This document shows positions 52,481 through 61,500 of a stretch of 61,634 bases of DNA, piece by piece (position 1 is the first letter of the stretch; every line of letters starts with the position of its first letter). The notes beneath the pieces were generated by a model. That model ran no database searches and was not told the origin of the DNA. It saw only the letters and a program-made list of their open reading frames with translations. This DNA comes from an uncultured Bacteroidota bacterium (GTDB lineage Bacteria; Bacteroidota; Bacteroidia; Bacteroidales; UBA12481): NCBI GenBank assembly GCA_903919065.1, contig CAIXHD010000293.1, positions 1 through 61,634 on the forward strand. The letters run 5' to 3'. A program made the position numbers and the translations under genes.

Positions 52481-55059
52481 TTATCCTTGGGTTCGTTGAG
52501 CCTGATAATAAAATCGAGCCCATCTTTTACGTCACCATCGGGTCCGGGTTTCAGCGTGAACGGGATGCCATCGGGTGTGGCAGTCATGTTCAGTTTCTTC
52601 ATCTGTTCGGGATCGATACGTGCAATATAGGACCCGGCCGGCAATCCCAGGAAGCTGAAATAACCGTCGGGTTCCGTTAGTGTTTTGCCAAAGAGCTTAC
52701 CATCCTTCGTATAGAAATTGACCGTAATCCTGCCCTGGCCTTTGTCGCCGGCTGCCCCTCTTAATGTTACGACTCCGGCTCCTTCCCCCATAATGGTGAT
52801 CGGGATTTCGACCAGCTTGAACTGGTTTGGATCCACTACCACCCTTACATTTTTCAATCGCATCTGCCAGGCAATATTATCAAAACTGAAACTGTTCAGT
52901 TCGATCAGGTAGCTCATGTATGGCTCAAGATCGAAAATGCGGATAACAGAATCGCGCTTGCTTTGCTCTACCCGGCCGCCGTTGATACTGATCTTCAGAC
53001 CTAGAATTTTTGTTTCCCCCTTATCGTATTTATTGTTCCCGTTCAGATCGAGGAATGGCATCATTATAATCCCACCTTTCCCTACACTGGTGCGGCTCGA
53101 TGTGCCCAAATATTTTGTTTTCGGGTCAACCATCAAGCTACCGCTCGCTGTTTCTGAGAACGTATTAATGGCATTACTCTTACGGAAATTAAAGGAGGTT
53201 TGGGCCCCACCGAATTCATAACGGAATCCGAACTGAATATTTTGCAGACTGGTCCTGAAATTATACTCATAGGATACATTCATGTACCCCCTTCTCATAA
53301 ATTGCTTCTCCAACTCTCCCTTCACCAGCATAAATTTCATAGAGGAGTACTCAAACTGAGCCTGCGGTCGGAAGGTCATTTTTGCCGGGAGCCTCACCCC
53401 TAAGGATAGATTACTGTATATATACGGGTTAGACAGATCGGCAATCATGGCGTAGGTGGTCAGGTTGGTGCTGACTCCGAAAAGAACCCCGGAAACAAGC
53501 CAATCGAGAGTAAAATACTCGTTATTTGGCATAATATTCTGAGATCCTGAAAACCTGGAGTACACAGAGAATCCCTTGGCCTTGAACGGAAAAGAAACTG
53601 ATATCTTTCTCTCTTCCAGATAATTAAAGTTGATTGCAGTCTGACTCTGATCGTATCGGGTGAAATTCATTTCCACCTGAAAATTCTTTTTCGTCCGGTA
53701 ATTCAGGATACCCTTGGCCTTTACTCCATAGGTATAATCACCGGAAAACAGAATATTCGAACCCAGCCGGATGGAGGTATTTACAAAAGGCATGAATGCA
53801 CCGGAGGTCACCGACGACAGGTATTCAACACCACCACCAACGGCCATCGATTTGCCCAGACCGTAATTGGCGCTGAACCTGGAAAACAGGCTGTGAGTGC
53901 TATCCTGCACCACCCCGGCACTGGCGGTGTACTGAAATTCCTTAGCAGGCAGAAAATTGTAAGGTATGGTAATGATTTGTTCCTTTGAGCGCTCCTCACC
54001 AAACGTGCCATAAAAACGCAGCAAAACATTAGTGGTACCGTACATCAGCGGAACTTCGAACGTAAAGAATCCTGATGCATCCGCTTTTTTATAATCAACC
54101 AGAACATTGTTTACGTACAATTCCACTGCCCAGTCGGGTTCCGTATAATCGGTGAGGGTATAGGAGCCAAAGGATCTCCGGTAAGTAGTCGGGGCATTCG
54201 TTACCTGCACCCCGAGAACAGGATTAAACAGAGAGGAGGTAGACTGGCTGGCTATTTTACCTGCGCTTATCTGCCTGAATATTTTCCTGTCGTTATTCAC
54301 CAGCCGCCACATATACTGTTGATATTTTTCAACGAAAGGCTGACCGGCCGAGTATTGCAATAGTACTTTAGCTTCTCCGCCAACAACAATTCCTCCTAAA
54401 CCGAGATTGAAACGGCTCTGGCTTTGGCCCCCGATCTCCTGGTTAGCTGTTACAGCCCAATCGGCCATTCCGAATTTAAAAAGCGGATGACTGGCCGGGA
54501 ATATCGTATCCGCAATAACCTCACCCTTCATTTTAACAATATTGGTGCGCATGAATTCCAGTCGCATATCACGAATTACCGGCAGTTCAATTTTGGTGTT
54601 CAATGTCACCGATTGAGCCCGGAAATTGAATGCGCACTCCAATCCGAAAACCTCGCCAAAATAATCAGAGCGAAGGTAGAGGCTGGTCTCGGTGCGAACC
54701 ATGGCATCCGGTTTAAGGTCCCAGACTTTCTTATTATAGACGATCCGGTTATGCAGCTTATCGACCACATATTTAGCTTCGGGGTTGATAAAAAAGCCCG
54801 CAATGGAGTCATATGCAGGAGATGGAGTATTCTTTATTTTCAAAAAATCGAAAATATCCTGAACAGGCAGATACACCTGGTCTTTCATGTAAACAGCCGG
54901 AATATCTATACCTCCAACCCTCTGAACCATCAGGAAAACCATGATCTCTTCCATTTCGTCCTGTGCAGCGGCTTTTGGAGCAGCCAATAAAACGAAAAGC
55001 GATAGGCACAAGGCGTATCGCAAAAAGGCGGATTTATATGATTTTCCTACGACATCCAA
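52477..55059 (-). CDS. 860-aa outer-membrane protein, fimbrial-usher-like, with a CarboxypepD_reg-like C-terminal domain
   Basis: Signal peptide. Long beta-barrel-like core. VELYVNNVLVDYKKADASGFFTFEVPLMYGTTNVLLRFYGTFGEERSKEQIITIPYN parallels the usher plug/middle-domain signature. The C-terminal GRITVNFYTKDGKLFGKTLTEPDGYFSFLGLPAGSYIARI forms a beta-sandwich. Confidence 0.45.
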   Translation of the reverse strand: MDVVGKSYKSAFLRYALCLSLFVLLAAPKAAAQDEMEEIMVFLMVQRVGGIDIPAVYMKDQVYLPVQDIFDFLKIKNTPSPAYDSIAGFFINPEAKYVVDKLHNRIVYNKKVWDLKPDAMVRTETSLYLRSDYFGEVFGLECAFNFRAQSVTLNTKIELPVIRDMRLEFMRTNIVKMKGEVIADTIFPASHPLFKFGMADWAVTANQEIGGQSQSRFNLGLGGIVVGGEAKVLLQYSAGQPFVEKYQQYMWRLVNNDRKIFRQISAGKIASQSTSSLFNPVLGVQVTNAPTTYRRSFGSYTLTDYTEPDWAVELYVNNVLVDYKKADASGFFTFEVPLMYGTTNVLLRFYGTFGEERSKEQIITIPYNFLPAKEFQYTASAGVVQDSTHSLFSRFSANYGLGKSMAVGGGVEYLSSVTSGAFMPFVNTSIRLGSNILFSGDYTYGVKAKGILNYRTKKNFQVEMNFTRYDQSQTAINFNYLEERKISVSFPFKAKGFSVYSRFSGSQNIMPNNEYFTLDWLVSGVLFGVSTNLTTYAMIADLSNPYIYSNLSLGVRLPAKMTFRPQAQFEYSSMKFMLVKGELEKQFMRRGYMNVSYEYNFRTSLQNIQFGFRYEFGGAQTSFNFRKSNAINTFSETASGSLMVDPKTKYLGTSSRTSVGKGGIIMMPFLDLNGNNKYDKGETKILGLKISINGGRVEQSKRDSVIRIFDLEPYMSYLIELNSFSFDNIAWQMRLKNVRVVVDPNQFKLVEIPITIMGEGAGVVTLRGAAGDKGQGRITVNFYTKDGKLFGKTLTEPDGYFSFLGLPAGSYIARIDPEQMKKLNMTATPDGIPFTLKPGPDGDVKDGLDFIIRLNEPKDN

Positions 55060-55069
55060 ATTCGTAAAA

Positions 55070-55573
55070 TTATTCCTGCATAAATATTACCGAGAAAGTA
55101 CCGGAATAATTTCCGGCCGGAGCAACATTGAAACTCAGGGTACCTCCGATATTTACCCCGGTATATTCACCCATGGCTACAAACGGGGAAACCGGATAAG
55201 GAGTACCCAGAGTCAGGGTTAGAATAGCACCTCCCGGTCCAGTTAATTCAGCAGGTATTCCGGTATCGATGTGGATAAAGGTGCCTGGTAATGCGGTAAC
55301 AATAAAAAGCGCAGCCGAAGCGCCACTGCCTATAAGATAAACATTTCCTGCGGTGGTGCGATTTCCATAAGTATCAACGGTAATGGTTTTCGCGCCATCT
55401 GCTCCAACACAAAAGCTGCCAAATTCCAGACTTTGCATAATGTATACCTTCACTGAAATCGGCTTCGGTGGTTTTTGCTGAGCCCGGGCAGGTGCATAGA
55501 ATACAAATGAACAAGCTATTATAATAAGAGGCACCAACAACCTCCGTATCGATTGTTGAGTTTGTCTATTCAT
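55070..55573 (-). CDS. DUF4402-like (spore-coat-protein-U/SCPU-like) secreted subunit
   Basis: Signal peptide ending ARAQQ. MQSLEFGSF...ITVDTYGNRTTAGNVYL...AALFIVTA...GGTLSFNVAPAGNYSGTFSVIFMQE fits the DUF4402/SCPU pattern. Its start overlaps the adhesin stop by 8 nt. Confidence 0.5.
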   Translation of the reverse strand: MNRQTQQSIRRLLVPLIIIACSFVFYAPARAQQKPPKPISVKVYIMQSLEFGSFCVGADGAKTITVDTYGNRTTAGNVYLIGSGASAALFIVTALPGTFIHIDTGIPAELTGPGGAILTLTLGTPYPVSPFVAMGEYTGVNIGGTLSFNVAPAGNYSGTFSVIFMQE

Positions 55574-58500
55574 AATTTAATCTCATTAATAATTTTTCAG
55601 ATTGGACTCTTGTGGCCGATCTGACAGTTAAAATATAAAGTCCTGCAGTTACGTTCGGATCGATCTGAACTGTTTCACTGCCAAAAACCGGCCTTTGCAG
55701 TACTATCTGACCCGACGTATTCATAAGCAAAAGGTCTCCGCCTGTGTTATAAGGAAGATTAACCCTGATCAATAACAGATTCCCGGAACGGTAAATAGCA
55801 AACAGAGTTTTAACTATCTGCGCCGGATTCTCCAGTTCCGTCTTTGAAAAGACCAGTGAAAAGCGCCGGTTATACTCTCCTGCTTTAAGGTCAATCCTGT
55901 ACTCAGGATTCTCCTGGAGATCCTGGAGTACACTCTTTTCAGCATCCAGTAAATACAAATGGAGTCCATATGGAAGTTCACTGATATCTTTCGCATTAAA
56001 CACAATCCTGCCTGATTTCAGAGTATGTATCCCTAAAGGAATCTCGGTGATACTGTCGGTAATACTGGGCAGTCCATTGATTGAAAGCTGCTTCGATTCT
56101 AGTGAGAAAGTATACAAATTCGGGACGGTAGGATCGGTATTCTTTAACTTAAGGGCATCCTGCGCTTTATCAAAACTCAGCGTAGAACTAGCATCAAAAT
56201 ACATAAGAGCAACATCTTCAACCGCCTGTTCAGATTCCAGATAAGCCGTAAAGCGAAGAATCTCCCGCGGATCATATTTTACTTTCTTGAATGATGGATT
56301 CAGATCGTTGACCCTGACAGAATTGGATACTCCAAGAACACCATCAACGGGTGAAGTACTGTTCACATGAACGAAAAATCCCTGCATCGAAGCGATAACA
56401 TTATCTCCGTTTCCGGTTCCTGTTCCATTTATGTAAGTCGTATAGGTACCCTGATACTGGACGGAATCATCCGCCAGTGCGTCGCCGGTGGCAGCGCTTG
56501 CATTAAAGAAATAAAGGGCATCATCAATATTTGTTTTCGTCCAGCCGGAGGCATCCCAATCAATTGGCGATGGATACGGATTCCCCACCAGATTATATCC
56601 CTGGGTAAAAGTACGGTTATGGTTCTGCAGTGTTTTTGACAGGGAACCATTCGTAACCACCCCGGTCATGTCAGCAGTTTTTACCGATGTAACTTTTCCA
56701 AAATTCGCTGCATAACCTTCTAATGGATTCAGCGCTCCGAACAGGGAGGTGTAGGTGGTCCAGCCCGACATATCTACCGGCGGATCCGTATTGGTTCTGT
56801 GGTTCTCATCGTATTTATAGAAGGTCGGGAAAGTGGCGGTCACATCAATATCATCAGAAAACTCACTCACCGTGGCAGACTGGAACGGAGAGCTGAAATA
56901 TTTATAGCCAAAAGCTGTCGGCAGGTAACGCTGCATGGTTACACTCCCAACTACATCACCCGAACCGGCACCATCAATCAGTGCAGTTTGTGTGGCTGTT
57001 GAAATCAAGGTCAGATTTCCATTTGATGTCAGATTTCCGGCCTGGGCTTTTACTATGCCGGTTACATTTAATTGTCCAAGCAAAGTAGCTCCGTCGGAAT
57101 TATTTACTGTCAGATGCAGAATCGTGTTGGTAGCAAAAACACCAGCTCCGATGGTTTGCACAGCTGAGCCCTTCATCTCAATGGTTCCTGCTGTGGCATT
57201 AAAAGTTCCGCTGTTGGAAATGTCGCCTGCAATCTTTAAAGTATTACCGATTACGGTCAGAGATGAACCTGATGCCAGGGTGATATCCTTGGCCAGTCCT
57301 GCAACACCTGAATTAAGTATCGGATCATTGGTAACATCCGGAATGGTAACGTTTGTGGTCAGGTCAGGAACAACCTGGCACGACCAGTTCCCGGCTGTAT
57401 TCCAGTCGTTACTCACATTTCCAGTCCAGATCAGGTCGTGGATAATGATCACATCAAAGGTGGTGGAATATTCGCTGCAACCACCATAAGCTGCAATGGT
57501 ATAGGTTACCGTATAAGTACCTGCGGTGCTTGAAGACGGGGTAATGGCACCTGTTCCCGGATCAATGGTCAGACCGGCCGTGGAACTGTAGGAACCTCCG
57601 GCAGTGCCGGTTCTGGTGACGGATTGTGCACCAACCACACTTGTACAGAATGGTGTACTGTAAGATATGGAGGCATTGGGCTGAGGCGTTACCGTGATAA
57701 CCCTGGAATTGGAATTAACCGGTCCGCAGGAGCCACTGGAAATGGCACAGTAAAAGGTTGCGCTTGCCGTGAGTGCATCCGGGGTATAATCCTGAGTGGT
57801 TATGCCGGTAGAAACTCCGTCTTTGTACCAGAGATAAGTATAGGTACTGTTTCCTCCGCCACCCGTAGCAGAAAAGGTTCCGGGTCCGGAATTGTAACAT
57901 ATAGGAGTTGATCCGCCGGTAACAGATGCTGTTAACAAAGGATACACCGTGATGGTTGTAGTGGATGTATTGACTGTGCCGCAGGAACCGCTTGTTATGG
58001 CGCAGTAATAACCTGTTGTTGAGGTCAGGCTGCCCGGACTGTAAGTCTGGCTGGTAGCTCCGCTAATAATACCTGTTGTGGTATACCATTGGTAAGTATA
58101 GGATCCGGTGCCGCCGCTCCCGGTTGCAGTAAACATACCCGGTGATCCGTTATAGCACAATGGTGAGGTGCCGCCGCTGATTCCTGCAGTAAGGTTCCCA
58201 AATACAGTTATTGTTGTAGTTGTCGTATTTACTGTTCCGCAGGTTCCGCTGGTTACCGCACAATAATATCCGGTGGTGGAAGTGAGGTTACCCAGACTGT
58301 AGCTTGCGTTTGTTTCACCGCTGATAATCCCTGAAGTGGAATACCATTGGTAGGTATAGGATCCGGTTCCGCCACTGCCTGAAGCTGTTAGTGTTCCGGC
58401 ATCAGTATTGTAGCAGATGGGTGATGCCCCACCGCTGATTCCGGCTGATAAAACAGGATTAACTGTGATAGTGGTTGTGGATGTATTTACTGTTCCACAT

Positions 58501-61500
58501 GTTCCACTTGTAATTGCGCAATAGAAGGTTGATGTTTCCGTAAGGCTACCCGGTGCATAATTTTGAGTGGTAATGCCGGTTGATGATCCGTTTTTATACC
58601 ACAGATAGGTATAGGTCCCGTTTCCTCCGCTTCCGGTGGCTGTAAATGTTCCCGGAGCTGTATTATAACACAAAGGAGTTGTACCTCCGCTTATAGCTGC
58701 AGAGAGGTTCCCATAAACGATTATAGAAATGGTATTAGTGGTCACATTTCCGCAGGATGCATCGGTGACAACACAATAAAAACTTGCTGAGGCTGTCAGG
58801 TTGCCCGGATCATAAGTTTGGGTGGTAACTGAGGTTGAAACCCCATCTTTATACCACAGGTAATTATGCGAACCTGCTCCACCACTGCTTGAGGCAGTCA
58901 GAGTTCCGGGATTTAAATTATAGCATAAAGGAGAGGTCCCGCCGGTGATCGAGGCAATTAAATTAGCGCGAACAGTAATGGTAGTTGTAGGGGTGTTCGC
59001 TGTTCCACAAGAGCCGGTACTGGTTACAGCACAGTAATATCCGGTGGTTGTGGTCAGACTTCCCGGACTGTAGGTTGCATTTGTCTGGCCTGAGATGATT
59101 CCTGCCGTAGAATACCATTGATAGGTATAGAATCCTGTTCCGCCTGCGCCTGTTGCAGTAAGCGTTCCTGCTGAAGTCCCGTAGCATATAGGGGTATTGC
59201 CACCACCGATACCGGCTGTAACATTTGGATAAACGGTTATCGTGGTTGTGGCGGTATTCAGCGTTCCGCAGGTACCACTGGTGATTGCGCAATAGAAAGA
59301 GGAGCTGGAAGTGAGTGCACCGGGAGTATACGTTGAAGTTGTGACTCCCGTTGATGTTCCGTTTTTATACCACAGATAAGTATAAACCCCGGTTCCGCCC
59401 CCTCCCGTGGCAGTAAATGTTCCGGGTGCACCACCATTACACAGTGGTGTTGTTCCGCCGCTGATATCTGCCGTTAAAGCAGAATTTACCAGAATTGTAG
59501 TGGTAGGTGTACTAACAGTTCCACAAGAGCCGCTCGTTACTTTACAATAATAACCGGTGGTCAGGGTAATATTCCCCGGAGTATAGGTTGAATTAGTTGC
59601 ACCATTGATTATCCCTGTGGTCGTCCACCATTGATAAGTATAGGACCCGGTACCTCCGGTTGCAGATGCCGATAATGGTCCGGGTGAGGTATTGAAGCAA
59701 ACAGGAGTTGAGCCACCGCTGATATTGGCGGATAAATTACTATAAACAGTGATGTTGATCGTATTTGAATTCACGGTTGAGCAGTTGCCGCTCGTTATAG
59801 CACAGTAAATGGCCGAGGTCGCGGTCAGGTTCCCGGGAGTATAAGTTTGTGTAGCAACCCCTGTCGACACACCGTTTTTGAACCACAGATAGGTATAAGC
59901 GCCATTACCGCCACCCCCTGCTGCTGTCAAAGTTCCGGGAGCAGTATTGTAGCAAAGCGGGGTTGTGCCACCACTGATAGAGGCTGTTGTAACAGGATAA
60001 ACCACAAATGCTCCGGAAACTGCGCTGGTTACCGCCGGGCCACAAGTTCCGGTGACCGTACAATAATAATAAAGTGTTCCGGCAACTGAAGCCTGAGGAG
60101 TGTAGGTGTTTGTCTGGGCACCATTAGCAGCGCCGAGTGATGAGCCTCCGGTATTACTTGCACTGGTATTGCTGAACCATTGGTAGCTCAGCCCGGCCCC
60201 GGTTGCAGTTACTGAAATCGGTGAGAACGATCCGTTAATACAGGTGGACTGTGCTCCGGTTGATTGGCTCGAAATGGCTGTTAAACCACTGATCACAATG
60301 CTGATGGAATTGGTGGTGCTCACACAACTGTTTGCACTGTTTTTGACAAAAAGACTACCGTAATAGGCTCCTGCAGGCGCACCGCCAGGAACTGTTATTG
60401 ATATCTGACTGGCAGGCAACGTGGTTATGGCAACGTTTACAAAACCATTGGAAAGAGCGGTTTCATCGAAAGTAATACTGTATTGATTTGCTCCTCCCGT
60501 GGTTGTGCTGTAACTCAGGGTAGCGGTTGCAGCCCCATAACAAATAGCCGGTATGGCAGTATAGGTTATGGTTGGCAAAGAATATGCCGTGGCAATAACT
60601 TCAGAGCGGGTGGAGGTGGTACATCCGTTGTTGGTCCCATCTACCCAATAAGAGGTGGTGGTACTGATTGTTGGTGTGGTAAAATCATTTCCGGTACCAA
60701 TCGGGCTGCCACCTGTCTGAGCTGCGTACCAATTTACTGTTCCGGTACTTGCGGCAGCATGGAGGGTTACTGTTCCCGATCCGCAAATTACACCATGTGT
60801 GATACTCTGAATGGTTGGTGTGGCATATACGACAGCTGTAACGGCCAGGCGGGCAGGAGATTCACAGTAGCCATCGGTCCGACTCGCATAATAAGTGGTA
60901 CCATTAACCAGGTTCGTGCTTGCAGGTACAACGGAGCCTCCGCTGGCGGCATTGTACCAGATAATTCCTGTACCGGTTACATAGAGATTACTGACTTTCG
61001 GGCCATTGATACTGCAAAAGCTCTGGGTGGCGTTGCCGGTAGGAGGATCCGTATAATTCACAGTCAGTGTCGGCTGATCGGTCAGATCGGCTGTACTGCA
61101 TCCGCTGGCCGAAGTAGCAACCACTTTATAGGTATAGGATGTTGTAGTTACCGGAGTTGGAATATTTGCCTGAAGCATGGTCAGGCTAAGATCACTGCCA
61201 GTTCCGGTACCCGTACTTAATGATGTACCAGCGAGTGTTTTTAATTCATAATGGACACCACTTTGGGCAGCAGTAATTGTAAAAGCAGCATTCCCTCCTG
61301 CCGGATTACAAACCGAAGCATCCGATACGGTGAGGCCAGTGGTGATTGCCGCATCGGCAGCCGGCTGGGTCACTGTAAAAGTAAAGGCATCACTGACCAC
61401 GTTGTTTGCATCAGTCACCACCAGGTTATACGTTCCTGCAGTAAGTCCTGTCTGATCCTCGGCTGTGGCATTCAAACCACTGCCACCAGAGGTGGTCCAT

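Noticed and set aside
57700-59995. Regular ~255-bp periodicity that might suggest a CRISPR or satellite array.
   Set aside because: The period is far too long, there are no unique spacers, and the whole array is one continuous open reading frame coding for protein domains.
56935-61220. Long ORFs on the plus strand and in other minus-strand frames inside the adhesin gene (e.g. 56935..57489, 58963..59292, 59847..60089, 60483..61220).
   Set aside because: These are shadow ORFs produced by the Gly/Thr/Ser/Ala-rich, stop-poor codon composition of the repeat gene. Their translations are low-complexity (Cys/Arg/Gly-rich), and they are fully contained in a far longer, motif-rich frame.
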